Positions 1 to 9,515 of a DNA stretch of 31,670 bases are shown here, one piece after another. The stretch is from IMG/VR virus record IMGVR_UViG_3300044976_000013, positions 1-31,670 of that record. The stretch is one strand, 5' to 3'. The first letter of the stretch is position 1. Each line of letters opens with the position of its first letter. The translations under genes and the position numbers were made by a program. The notes below the pieces were generated by a model. It did not search any database, had not been told where the DNA came from, and saw only the letters and a list, made by a program, of their open reading frames with translations. This stretch comes from a virus. Its lineage: Duplodnaviria; Caudoviricetes.

Positions 1-152
1 TCCAGGCGGGCGTGCCCGCCAACCGGGCGGCCGTCGCCAGCATCATCGGCGGCGCGCTGTACGCGGGCATCCGCGCGGCCATCGGTACCGCGAAGGAAGC
101 CGTGACCGGCGTCCCCTTCAAGGTGGATACCGAGGACCCGGCCGCCGAGTAA
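1..152 (+). CDS. 3' end of a convergent gene (partial), hydrophobic and possibly holin-like
   Basis: Frame 3 reads QAGVPANRAAVASIIGGALYAGIRAAIGTAKEAVTGVPFKVDTEDPAAE* (TAA at 150-152). Codons are strongly G/C-ending. A hydrophobic segment is followed by an acidic tail. Confidence 0.65.
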   Translation, partial: QAGVPANRAAVASIIGGALYAGIRAAIGTAKEAVTGVPFKVDTEDPAAE

Positions 153-285
153 CCACCTCGCTGGACATACGGGCCTCCCTTCGACGGATGCGGAGGACGA
201 AGCAGCGAGGGGAGGGGTCATTTCCGGGGCGGTGCAGACCTTCCCCGGCCACCAGGTCTGCTAGTGCGGACCCCTCCAGGAACAA

Positions 286-315
286 AGAAAGGCCCCCCTT
301 ACGGGGGGCCTTTCT
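286..315. terminator. Bidirectional intrinsic terminator
   Basis: Perfect 13-bp stem agaaaggcccccc-TTAC-ggggggcctttct with A/T-rich flanks, located between convergent genes. Confidence 0.88.
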
Positions 316-339
316 GCTACCCGGGGAGGACGGGTAGGC

Positions 340-465
340 TTAGATGAGGATGGCAACGGCTACCGCTACGACGCCCAGCGCGATGCAGGGCACGAAGGGT
401 GCGAGCCCGAGGGCTCCCACCACAACAGCGGCGATAGCGACGCCAGCGAGAATCTTGCTGACCAT
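340..465 (-). CDS. 41-aa hydrophobic membrane peptide (lysis cassette, holin-like); absent from the ORF track
   Basis: MVSKILAGVAIAAVVVGALGLAPFVPCIALGVVAVAVAILI*. A strong RBS (GAGAGGAGG) precedes the ATG at 465; TAA at 340-342. Confidence 0.72.
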   Translation of the reverse strand: MVSKILAGVAIAAVVVGALGLAPFVPCIALGVVAVAVAILI

Positions 466-499
466 GCTACCTCCTCTCTCCTCGCGACTGCGCGAGGTC

Positions 500-769
500 T
501 TACGGCGTAGCGACCGGCGGCGGCTCTAGTCCGGCGTCGATGAAGCACTTGGCGACATCGCCTGGGTCGCGCCCCGTGTGGGGGTCCGACGGGATGGACA
601 GCTCGCACGCGATGGCGCGCTGGTACTGCGCTGCCACCTGCTGCTGGTTGCCGAACGCGAACGTCAACACGACGAGCAGAAGGATGAGCACTACGGCCTG
701 CGTCGCGCCAACGATGAGCCCGTCAACCCAGGCTCCCCGCCTCCGCCTCGCATCGAATGTGTCGCTCAT
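500..769 (-). CDS. Single-TM membrane protein of the lysis cassette
   Basis: Arg-rich N-terminus, one long hydrophobic helix and a C-terminal domain with two Cys. Lies downstream of the endolysin. Confidence 0.75.
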   Translation of the reverse strand: MSDTFDARRRRGAWVDGLIVGATQAVVLILLLVVLTFAFGNQQQVAAQYQRAIACELSIPSDPHTGRDPGDVAKCFIDAGLEPPPVATP

Positions 770-773
770 GGCC

Positions 774-1097
774 TTACCTTTCCCGGCGCTCCCAGGCCTG
801 GATGCCGTGCGCGTCGGTCTTACGCTCGTGCGCGGCCAGCTCGCGCTTCGACTGCTGGAGGTCCGTGTACATCAGCTCCACCAGTTCTCCTAGGGTCTTG
901 TTCGACCCGTTCGTCTTGGTGTTCTTCTCGATTGCGTCCAGACTCACGGCCGCTCGCCCTGCTGATTCCATGGCGATGTCTGCGGCCTTCAGCGCCGCGT
1001 CCTCCGCGCGCGCAGCCTTTCGGAGGCCCATCGTCACAAGGGCGGTGAGCGTAGACCCGAAGGCCATCACGAGAGCGGCGATGACAGCGGGGTCCAT
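774..1097 (-). CDS. Putative holin-like membrane protein (N-terminal TM plus coiled coil)
   Basis: N-terminal hydrophobic helix MDPAVIAALVMAFGSTLTALVTMGL; abuts the endolysin stop codon. Confidence 0.7.
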   Translation of the reverse strand: MDPAVIAALVMAFGSTLTALVTMGLRKAARAEDAALKAADIAMESAGRAAVSLDAIEKNTKTNGSNKTLGELVELMYTDLQQSKRELAAHERKTDAHGIQAWERRER

Positions 1098-1535
1098 CTA
1101 TGCCGTCACAGCGTAACTGAAGTGCCACGGCTCGTCGTCCGGGCGCGACTGGTGAAAGCCCTCGGCGTAGAGCGCTGCGCGCACCTTGGTCTTCAGCTCG
1201 GGGTCCGCCGTGGTCACGTCGAACGCGAGCGCCTGGCAGTGCACGCCCACACTCGGCGCGGCGTAACGCGACGGGTCCTTGCGGTACAGCTCGGCCTGGT
1301 ACTCGCACGAGCGAGCGCTGCCGGTCACCACAATCTGGCGACCCAGACGCTTCTCGGCCGCACGCAGTGCCTTCAGCGCCGGACGCTGGATGGTGATGGC
1401 GACAGGGCGCTTCTTGAAGATGACGCCGTAGCGGCGGTAGTAGGACGACGTGACGATGTTGTCGTAGTCGTCCTTGCAGCCGCCGACGTAGCGGTACACG
1501 TCGCCGTACTTGGTGGGGATGGTGGTCACAGCCAT
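1098..1535 (-). CDS. Endolysin, M15-family Zn peptidase (VanY/Ply500-like)
   Basis: Motifs VTGSARSCEYQAELY, HxxxxAFD (VHCQALAFD) and EPWHF. RBS GGAGG is present. Confidence 0.88.
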   Translation of the reverse strand: MAVTTIPTKYGDVYRYVGGCKDDYDNIVTSSYYRRYGVIFKKRPVAITIQRPALKALRAAEKRLGRQIVVTGSARSCEYQAELYRKDPSRYAAPSVGVHCQALAFDVTTADPELKTKVRAALYAEGFHQSRPDDEPWHFSYAVTA

Positions 1536-1547
1536 TTCTCTACCTCC

Positions 1548-4500
1548 CTATGCGGCGGCCGCGTCAGTGGGCGGCCCCGCCTGGATTCCCAGCTTCTTCA
1601 GAATCTGGTCTGTGGTGCCGAGCGTTGCGGACAGGTCGTCCGTCGTCGGCAGGGTATAGCCGGTGCCGCGCAGGTAGTCCATCGTGGGGAGCACCTGGTC
1701 GTAGTAGAAGTTCAGCTCGGTGGAGCTGAGCGCTGCCTGGTCAACCGGCCGGAGCTGGAGACCGAACGCTGCCGACGCGATGACGTTCATGCGCTTCGAC
1801 GCGCTCGCCCCGTTCGGGTCCTCGAAGATGAAGTTCTTGAACCGCGAGTAGATGGGGATGATGCCGAGCAGGTTGTTAGTCTGGTCGGACATGTACGCCT
1901 TGCCGTCCGCCCCCCTCGTCACGAGGCCCGTGGCCGAGAGGAGCCCGGCGATGGGCGTGAAGATGGGGTTCATCTCGACCGGCTTGCCGGTGAGCGGCTT
2001 CGCGGAGAACGTGCTCTGGTGGAAGATGTAGCTCTCCAGGAACGGGCGCACCGTCGGCAGGAACGAGCTGACGAACTCGCGCCCCGACATGAACATGTCC
2101 GACATCGGCAGGTCCAGCATCACGGTGTCGTACGTGGACAGGCCGCTCTTGGGGTCCTTCGCCACTCCGAATGGGATGGTGAACGAGTCGCCCATCCACT
2201 CTGGCACGCGGTGCTGCTCGGCGTCGTAGTTGAGGCCCTTGGCCGAGTAGACCGCGCGCTGTGCCTTCTGCACTGCGAGCAGCTTGCCCGGGGACTCCAG
2301 GAGCTGGTGAATCTGGAACGGCGTGTTCGTCCGCATCCACTTGTAGAACGGGATGAGGTCGCGCACCCACTTGTACTCCCAGTCCGTGAGGTCCTCGTAG
2401 TCGCCGTGACGCATCATCGTGAACGCGCGGGACTCCATGACCGAGCGGCCGTCACGCAGCCCTCGCACGAACGAAGCGCCTCGCAGGACGTTCTCCGTCA
2501 TGGTGCCCGCGCCGCGCATCGGCTTGGTGTAGAACTTGGGGATGCGCTCGACGAAGTTCTTGCGGCCCGCGTACTTCTTCGCCTCAATCTCGGCGGGGAG
2601 CGCCGCCTCGGCGAACATGCGGCCGTTCGACGCGTTGATGTTCAGCGACTGCGTGAGCTTGGCGAGGTCGCCGTAGGTGAGGTCCTTCAGCTCCTTGCCC
2701 ATCAGCACGCCCGACGGCTCGGCCATGAGCAGCGAGCGTACCAGGTCGGGCTCCTTCGAGCTGAGGGTCATCTTCGCCCACTTGCCCGGCTCGCCCCGGC
2801 TGATTTCGCGGGCGGCCATGCGGATACGGCCGGTGGTGAAGTAGTCGTGCACCGTCACGCCACCCAGCCAGTTGTTGAAGATTCCGCCCTCCATGTTGCG
2901 CACGTGGAAGCCTGGGTTCACCCAGGTTGCCATCGTCTTCCACCACGACATGAACTGGCGGAAGTGCGCGTGCGCGCCGTCCAGCTTGGGGAACCCGCGC
3001 ATTGCGTGCTCGAACTCCTCGGCCATGAAGGCTGGCATGGCGTGGTCCTCGAAGCCCGGCAGAGCCACGGTACGCATGCCGGTCAGACGAAGCGCGTCCT
3101 CCTTCGGCACGAGCGCGGCCATGACCGGCGCGCGCTCCGACGACTGACGGTACGCGATGTTGTTCAGCTCCTGCTCGATGCCCAGCGCCTCCTGGCTGGC
3201 GTCATCGAGCTTCTTCTGCGCGTCGCGGTACTGGCGCTCCAGGCCCTTCGCGCGGCTGCGCGCATCCTTCATGATGCTCTGGGCCTGACGCTTGACGTAC
3301 TTGGCGGCCATGCCGCCCCCGGTCCCGTAGAACTCCTGGGCGGCGATAGCGCGCGACATCTTGTCCCAGTCGCCGGAGATGCCCATGTCGTGCCAGTGCA
3401 CATCAGCCAGCTCTCCGCCCAATCCCAGGTGCTCGTAACCGTCTCGCGTGAGCGCGGCGCTGACGTTGCGCTCCACGGTGTCGGTGATGCTCGCGCCGAC
3501 CTTGCGCATCGAGATGATGTGACGCGTGCCGTCCTTCGCCTGCTCAACCGTGACGTATGTCACGCCCTTGGTGATGTCCTGGGGGTCCCCGACACGATAA
3601 ATCTGGGCACCGGGAACGGCCGAACTCTCGCCGATGTGCGTGTAGGCCGCTGGGTCGCCCTCGTTGAAGGCCATGTCCATGGCGCGGCCGAATGTGTCCA
3701 TCTTGCGCGCCGCATCCTCGGGCGTCGCCATGCGCTCCTCGTCCTTGGTGTTCCGTCGGATTTCGTTGAGCACTCCGTTCAGCCGGGAGGAGTTGTTCTC
3801 GGCCAGCTCGTCGAGGTGGCGCTGCGCGTTCTGCGTCTCCTCGCCGAGGCGCTCCGCCTCGCGACGAAGCACGGCCAGGTGCTCGTCGCTTACCTGCGCA
3901 GCGCGCTGCATCGCGCTCTTGCGCGCGTCGTCGAGCCCCTGCGCCCAGCGAGCGCCCTGCTCGCTCAGCACCACGTTGTACTTGGCGAGGCCGACAGGTC
4001 CCGCGCCGTACCCGCCCCGCGACAGCCCCAGGTTCTCGGCGCTGCGCATGGCCTTGCCGATGAACTGGTTGCGAACGCGAGAAGCAGCGTCGTGCGACGC
4101 CTGCTCCAGAGCGGCCAGTGGCTTGGTCTCGAAGAAGGCCTCGTGCGGCTTCAGCGCCTTGCCTGCCTCGGCCATCATCGCGCGTGCCTTGCGCTCGGCC
4201 GCGTCACGCGGCATGTTGGAGGTGGCCCGCATGATGCTGCGGATGAGCTGGTTGCCCTTGCTGCTGTCCACGCCCGACGCTGCCTCGCGTGCGGCGCTCG
4301 TCGTGGCGCGCAGCTGCGAGCCGCCGTCTACGACCCGCGCCGCTCCGGGGTTGACACGGGCCATCGGCACCGTACCCGTGCCGGGGTCGAACAGCGAGAC
4401 GACCTCGGTGCCACCGTCGTGGGCAATCTCCACGTCGGTGTACCCGCGCTTGCGGAGGATTTCGGTGGTGATGTCCGCTAGCTGGGCGTCCAGCTTGTCC

Positions 4501-7307
4501 TCGTGCTCCAGTACGTCGCGCACCACCTGTGCAGCGTCTTCGTCCAGGCCGTCGAGCGCGGGCTTCTGCCCATCTCGCATGGCCTCCAGTACGGGACGAA
4601 TCTCGTTCTCGATTTCCGCCACGGGGTCAACGGCCTCGTCGGCCTTCTTCAGCTCGCCCGTGGTGGTTGAGCGGTCGATGTGCAGCGTCCGGCGGGGGCC
4701 GACGAACGCGAGCTGCGGGTGCTCCTTGAACGCGACCTCCTCCGGGGAGAGTGAGGTCTCGCGCGCCTGGCGCTCCATGATGTTCGCGGCCTCCTCCTGG
4801 AGGGACGAGAACATGTCGCTGGCCGGACGGTTGGCGTTGTTCGAGCGCACCAGGATGCCCTGCGCCTTCGCGCGAGCGATGCGCAGGTGGTCGAGCACCG
4901 TCTGGGTCTCCTCCGGGGATAGGCCCTTGGTGACCTCCTCCCACGTGCCGGACCCGTTCTTCGCGACCTTGCCTGCTAGGCCGCTGGGCTCCGCTCCGAA
5001 CAGGATGGACTCTCCCTGCGCGTTCGCCAGCTCCTGTACCAGGTCGCCGTGCTCCCCTGTGGTCACGTCGGCCAGACGTGGCGAGTCACCAATCTGGCCC
5101 ACCTTGCGGCCGTGCAGGCCACGGATGGCAACGCCGGAGTCGCCGGTATCGGTGAGCACCTGGTCGTTCAGCTCAGTCGTGGTGGAGACGCCATCGGCCT
5201 CCCACGTGGTCTGGTCCGGGGAGTAACGCGTGGCGTCATCAGGGTGGATGTCGTCGAGCGTCTGAAGCTCCTCGTTCCAGGTGTCGGGCGTCTCGCCCGC
5301 GCCGATTACGGCGTTCGTGCGGTTCTCCTCGACCTGACGCCAGATGTCGCCCAGGTCGCTGTCCTGAGACAGCTCCTTGATGCGAGCCTCGACCTTCACG
5401 GCCCGGTCCTTCGCCTCGCGCACGTGCGCCAGCTCGCCCTCGTAGGACTCGCCGTTCTCGACGATGGCCTTGATGCGCGCGTCGTAGACGTTCGACGCCG
5501 TGGTGCCGGGGGTCGGGACCAGGCTGCGGTACTCGTTGAGGGCGTCGTACAGCTCCAGCTGCCCTGCCTCGTCCAGCTTCGACTCAGCCTGGCCCACGCG
5601 CTCCGCGACCTGTCGGCCGTTCAGGGCCTTGTCGCCCACGCGAACGGTCTGGATGTCGTCGATGGCCTGCTGGTAGATGTGGTTCGACATGACGTTGGTC
5701 TGGGCCGCGTATCGCGCGCCCAGGCCGCCGCCGCGCAGGACCTTGGCGTGGCTGCTGAAGTGCGCCGTGAGTCCACCGACGGCCTCGCTCGCGCTGTAGA
5801 ACGGCGAGCGGGCACCGCCGCCGAGCTTGCGCGCGACGGCCGGGTTGGCCTTCTTCAGCTCCTTGTACCCGCCGTGCCAGAAGGCTTCCATGTCAGAGGT
5901 CGCCGCCTCGGTGCGCGAAATCATCTTCATCAGCCGGACCTGACCCGAGAGCCCGGCGGCGAACCGGCGGCCAAGCGAGAAGTCCATGGTGCGGGGGATG
6001 AACGCGAGGCGCTGTCCGGCCATGCGGATGTCCAGCACCGGGATGCTGAAGCGCAGGCGCACGCCGCCGAGCGACGCCGCCGCCTCCTTGCCGAACTGGT
6101 ACGCGGTCTTGTCGATTCCCACGCCGGTTCCCCGGCCCACGTAGGACTTCAGGATGTTCTCGACGGCGCTCTTGTCGATACCGAACTTGGAGGCCGCCTC
6201 CGCGCTCCAACGCGCGAAGCCGCCCGTGGACGACTGCTTGAAGCCCACGTCGGCGAGACGCAGCACCTCCTGAAGCGCCTGCTGCTGACCGAACTCCGTG
6301 GTGGCGAACATCGCGCCTGCGCGCGCGTCCGGGTGCACGAGCCCGAGCAGCTCGCGCGCGCGTCCAACGACGCCCGTCGCGGCCTTCTCGGCCAGCGCCT
6401 GACCTGGCTCGGTGAGCCCGAACAGGCCCTTGGCGGCCTGCGTGACCAGCTCGTCCTCGGTGAGCTTGACGCCCGCCTTCTCGGCCGCCTTGCGCGCAAC
6501 GCCGACGGCCTCCTGGAGGAGCACGTTGCTCCCTTCGATGGAACCCGAGCGCAGCGCCGCCTCGGTGGTGGCGATGGCTGCGGTCTTGGCGGCCGCCTCG
6601 CGGCCGAGCCCGCCCATGCCGAGCGTGACGTAGGTCAGCGGGTCGGTGGCGATGTCCAGGCCGAAGCCGATGACGCTGCCAAGGAGCCCATGACCCAGGA
6701 CGCCGGAGTCCGCGAGCACGTCGTCCCACGAAGTGGTGCTGTGGCCCGACAGGGACTGCCACGTGTTCTGCCAGACCGACTCCTTGCCCCAGTCGTGCAC
6801 GATTTCCGGCACGATGTGGGCCGTGCGGCCCATGACCTCCATCACCTGGTCCAGGTGCGTGACATGCAGGATTTCGCCTACGCCGCCGATGACCTTCTGG
6901 AAGAAGCTCCGGTTGTCGGGGGCCTCGACCTGCTTGCCTGCCTGCGCGGCTAGCGTGCGCGCCAGCTCCGGGTTGGCCTGGCCGATGCGAGCCAGGGCAC
7001 GGTCGGTCTGTGCGGCCGCTTCCTCGGGGGTCCAGACGCGGGGGTCGTTGCTAGCCGACACGGCTCCGCCGGTCTGCTGCGCGAGGAACGCCATGGCCTG
7101 GCTGTTGGGGAGCGGAGCCATGCTGGTCTGAACCATCGGCCGGGTCTGAAGCGAGGGGATGGCCGCCTGAAGCGAGCGCTCGTTGGAGGTCAGGCCGAGG
7201 TAGGGTACCGGCTGGAACGCCGCGCCCTGCGGCTGGAACAGGCCGCCCGTGGGCTGATACAGCTGCGGCTGGCCCTGTGGGGCTAGTGCAGAAGCGGGGG
7301 TTGACAT
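1548..7307 (-). CDS. Giant internal virion/DNA-ejection protein (1919 aa), polyvalent-protein-like
   Basis: Last and largest of three genes after the nozzle. Largely helical, with DxxxDPLTY, NPGFHVRN and PFYKWMRTN motifs typical of such proteins. Confidence 0.8.
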   Translation of the reverse strand: MSTPASALAPQGQPQLYQPTGGLFQPQGAAFQPVPYLGLTSNERSLQAAIPSLQTRPMVQTSMAPLPNSQAMAFLAQQTGGAVSASNDPRVWTPEEAAAQTDRALARIGQANPELARTLAAQAGKQVEAPDNRSFFQKVIGGVGEILHVTHLDQVMEVMGRTAHIVPEIVHDWGKESVWQNTWQSLSGHSTTSWDDVLADSGVLGHGLLGSVIGFGLDIATDPLTYVTLGMGGLGREAAAKTAAIATTEAALRSGSIEGSNVLLQEAVGVARKAAEKAGVKLTEDELVTQAAKGLFGLTEPGQALAEKAATGVVGRARELLGLVHPDARAGAMFATTEFGQQQALQEVLRLADVGFKQSSTGGFARWSAEAASKFGIDKSAVENILKSYVGRGTGVGIDKTAYQFGKEAAASLGGVRLRFSIPVLDIRMAGQRLAFIPRTMDFSLGRRFAAGLSGQVRLMKMISRTEAATSDMEAFWHGGYKELKKANPAVARKLGGGARSPFYSASEAVGGLTAHFSSHAKVLRGGGLGARYAAQTNVMSNHIYQQAIDDIQTVRVGDKALNGRQVAERVGQAESKLDEAGQLELYDALNEYRSLVPTPGTTASNVYDARIKAIVENGESYEGELAHVREAKDRAVKVEARIKELSQDSDLGDIWRQVEENRTNAVIGAGETPDTWNEELQTLDDIHPDDATRYSPDQTTWEADGVSTTTELNDQVLTDTGDSGVAIRGLHGRKVGQIGDSPRLADVTTGEHGDLVQELANAQGESILFGAEPSGLAGKVAKNGSGTWEEVTKGLSPEETQTVLDHLRIARAKAQGILVRSNNANRPASDMFSSLQEEAANIMERQARETSLSPEEVAFKEHPQLAFVGPRRTLHIDRSTTTGELKKADEAVDPVAEIENEIRPVLEAMRDGQKPALDGLDEDAAQVVRDVLEHEDKLDAQLADITTEILRKRGYTDVEIAHDGGTEVVSLFDPGTGTVPMARVNPGAARVVDGGSQLRATTSAAREAASGVDSSKGNQLIRSIMRATSNMPRDAAERKARAMMAEAGKALKPHEAFFETKPLAALEQASHDAASRVRNQFIGKAMRSAENLGLSRGGYGAGPVGLAKYNVVLSEQGARWAQGLDDARKSAMQRAAQVSDEHLAVLRREAERLGEETQNAQRHLDELAENNSSRLNGVLNEIRRNTKDEERMATPEDAARKMDTFGRAMDMAFNEGDPAAYTHIGESSAVPGAQIYRVGDPQDITKGVTYVTVEQAKDGTRHIISMRKVGASITDTVERNVSAALTRDGYEHLGLGGELADVHWHDMGISGDWDKMSRAIAAQEFYGTGGGMAAKYVKRQAQSIMKDARSRAKGLERQYRDAQKKLDDASQEALGIEQELNNIAYRQSSERAPVMAALVPKEDALRLTGMRTVALPGFEDHAMPAFMAEEFEHAMRGFPKLDGAHAHFRQFMSWWKTMATWVNPGFHVRNMEGGIFNNWLGGVTVHDYFTTGRIRMAAREISRGEPGKWAKMTLSSKEPDLVRSLLMAEPSGVLMGKELKDLTYGDLAKLTQSLNINASNGRMFAEAALPAEIEAKKYAGRKNFVERIPKFYTKPMRGAGTMTENVLRGASFVRGLRDGRSVMESRAFTMMRHGDYEDLTDWEYKWVRDLIPFYKWMRTNTPFQIHQLLESPGKLLAVQKAQRAVYSAKGLNYDAEQHRVPEWMGDSFTIPFGVAKDPKSGLSTYDTVMLDLPMSDMFMSGREFVSSFLPTVRPFLESYIFHQSTFSAKPLTGKPVEMNPIFTPIAGLLSATGLVTRGADGKAYMSDQTNNLLGIIPIYSRFKNFIFEDPNGASASKRMNVIASAAFGLQLRPVDQAALSSTELNFYYDQVLPTMDYLRGTGYTLPTTDDLSATLGTTDQILKKLGIQAGPPTDAAAA

Positions 7308-7367
7308 GTCGTGCTCCCTTGCGACATCACGCGCGGGCTACGCCCGCTGTTCGATGGGTCGCCTCGG

Positions 7368-8732
7368 TTAGCCCAGCCCGCGCGGGCGCGGTGCCGGGGT
7401 GGAACTAGAAGCGGCAGGAACACTGCCGCCGCCGCTGTTGCTGAACTCGTAGCCCTCCGTCACGCCTGAGTTGAGCGTGCCGAGGTATGCGTCGATGGCG
7501 CTGTCCGACCAGTTGGTCTGGCCGCGCAGCCATGCCTTGGCCGTCGGCGCGCCGTACTGCTCCTGGATGTGGTAGGCGGCTGCGTCACGGAACCCGACGG
7601 TTGTGGCACCCGCCGAAGCAGCGTCGCGCGCCTGCTTGTTGATGTCGCCCAGGAACCCGCCGCCGAAGCCCTGCGAGCTGATGGAGACGTTGAGAGCGCC
7701 GAGCGCCTGGAGGTTCGCGGTGGCGATGCCCTCGGTGGCGGCACCGATGCCTGCTGTGATGGACGAGAGCTGCTTCGGTGCCATCTTGTCCCAGCCCTGC
7801 ATGCCGCCGTACAGCGTGTTGAGCGCGGTGGTCGTGGCCGTGTTGATGTCGGCCCCGTTCTGCACCTCGCGGGCGATACCGAGCACCACGTCTAGGCGCG
7901 TGGCGTCCTGTGACCCGGGCGCAACGGCCGCCGGGTCAATGCCGATGTGCGTGGCGTAGGCATCCTTCAGCGCTGCGATGTCCAGCTGGCCGTCCTTGTA
8001 GTAGGTGTCGTGGTTCGTGTCCAGCTCGTTCTGCATCCATGCGCCGATTTCTGGCGTGGACTCCTGGAGGAATCCGAGGGTGTCGCGGGTCTGGGCCAGC
8101 TCCGCCTTCTTGGCGTCGGCCGCAGCGTCCGCGCGCTGCTGCTGGTACATCTGCATCTGCGCGTTGTACGCGAGGCTCTGCTTGTACAGGTCCTCCGTGA
8201 GACCGGCCAGCGTCTGGTTGTCCACGATGGTACGCTGCTGGAGCGCCTGGTTCAGGCTGTACTTGGCCGCTGCGTTCTGTGCTGCGACCTCGTTTCCAGC
8301 GAACGCCGCAACGGTTCCCGCGATGGCCTGCATGGCCTTGCCCGCCTTGGCCTGGCCGCCCACGACCTGCGCCCCGGCCTTCGCCGTGGCCCTAGCCTGG
8401 CCGAACTGAGAGGAGGCTGAGCCAGCGAGGGCCGAGCCGTAGCGGCTCACGCTGTTCGCCTGCTTGTTGGCGACCTGGCGCTGCGAGGCACGCGCGCGGT
8501 CCGACAGGCGGCCGATGGCGGCCGCGTTCTGCTTCTGCCCGAGCACGAGCCCGCGCGAGAGCGCGCGCGTCTGTCGCGCCAGGTTCGCCTGCCCGGCGGC
8601 GCTGGCCGAGGCGGCGACCTTGTAGTCGCCCATGCGCTCCTGACCCATCTGCTTGCCCATGCTGTTCACGGCCGCGAGGGCCTGTCGCAGGCCCGGCAGC
8701 TGGTAGGTCTTCGACCCGCCCTTCTTCGCCAT
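7368..8732 (-). CDS. Internal virion (ejection) protein
   Basis: Ala/Gln-rich helical protein in the podovirus ejectosome position. Confidence 0.7.
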   Translation of the reverse strand: MAKKGGSKTYQLPGLRQALAAVNSMGKQMGQERMGDYKVAASASAAGQANLARQTRALSRGLVLGQKQNAAAIGRLSDRARASQRQVANKQANSVSRYGSALAGSASSQFGQARATAKAGAQVVGGQAKAGKAMQAIAGTVAAFAGNEVAAQNAAAKYSLNQALQQRTIVDNQTLAGLTEDLYKQSLAYNAQMQMYQQQRADAAADAKKAELAQTRDTLGFLQESTPEIGAWMQNELDTNHDTYYKDGQLDIAALKDAYATHIGIDPAAVAPGSQDATRLDVVLGIAREVQNGADINTATTTALNTLYGGMQGWDKMAPKQLSSITAGIGAATEGIATANLQALGALNVSISSQGFGGGFLGDINKQARDAASAGATTVGFRDAAAYHIQEQYGAPTAKAWLRGQTNWSDSAIDAYLGTLNSGVTEGYEFSNSGGGSVPAASSSTPAPRPRGLG

Positions 8733-8733
8733 C

Positions 8734-9507
8734 TTATGCCCCGATTCCTAGCTTGTCGGCCCAGATGTGCTGGAGGTACCCTCCCACGTCGTCGCCGTAG
8801 CCCGCGCGCCTGGCCTGGTCCTTCTGCCACTGCTGGATGTTGAACCCTGGCTGCCTCTGTCCGGGCTGCTGCCCGTTGCCGGTCTGGCCGCCACCGCCGC
8901 CCTGCATGAGGGACTGGTAGATGGCCTTCAGTGCGTCCATCTGGGTCTCCTGGCCGCTGACGATGAGGTTCGACTGGAGCTGCTGCGCGAGCGTCGCCTG
9001 CTGCTGCGCGAGCTTCTGCGCCTCCAGCTGCTGCGAGGACTGGAAGAAGTCCACGCCCGCCTGCTGGTCCTGGAGACGAGACCCCGCGAGGCCTTCGAGC
9101 ATCTGCCGCTTGGCCGTGGCCGTCTGCGCAGCCGCGTCGGCGCGTACGCCGATTTCCTGCTGTGAGGCGGCGGAGCTGCCAGCGACACCACGCTCGATGT
9201 TCGCGTTCTGGGTCTGGGAGATGCCGCTGACGAGCTGTGCACGGATGCCCGCCTGCGCCTCGCCGAACCCGGCGCGCAGCCCGACGCGCTGCTGCTTCTG
9301 CGCGAGCAGCTGCGTCTGATACCCGGCGTAGAGCCCGCCCAGCTGGGAGTAGTAGTTCGCCGTGGACGCGGGGTCCAGCGCCGGAAGCGCCTGCGCCCCG
9401 CCCGGGTTCTTGTAGTCCACCTGGTACTTGGAAAGCAGGTTCGCCATCGTATTACGCTGACGCCCGCCGTCTCCGACCTTGGGGCCGTTTCCGTCCGTGC
9501 CTGCCAT
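8734..9507 (-). CDS. Internal virion (ejection) protein, Gln/Ala-rich
   Basis: Q/A-rich coiled coil, directly after the nozzle gene. Confidence 0.7.
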   Translation of the reverse strand: MAGTDGNGPKVGDGGRQRNTMANLLSKYQVDYKNPGGAQALPALDPASTANYYSQLGGLYAGYQTQLLAQKQQRVGLRAGFGEAQAGIRAQLVSGISQTQNANIERGVAGSSAASQQEIGVRADAAAQTATAKRQMLEGLAGSRLQDQQAGVDFFQSSQQLEAQKLAQQQATLAQQLQSNLIVSGQETQMDALKAIYQSLMQGGGGGQTGNGQQPGQRQPGFNIQQWQKDQARRAGYGDDVGGYLQHIWADKLGIGA

Positions 9508-9515
9508 GATGCCCC

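Noticed and set aside
1122-4481. 1119-aa plus-strand ORF (also 3664-5226 and 5049-6953)
   Set aside because: Antisense shadow of GC3-biased minus-strand genes; no motifs or RBS.
1548-7307. Tape measure protein or virion RNA polymerase
   Set aside because: No tail-tube or chaperone genes and no polymerase catalytic motifs recognised; position fits an ejection protein.
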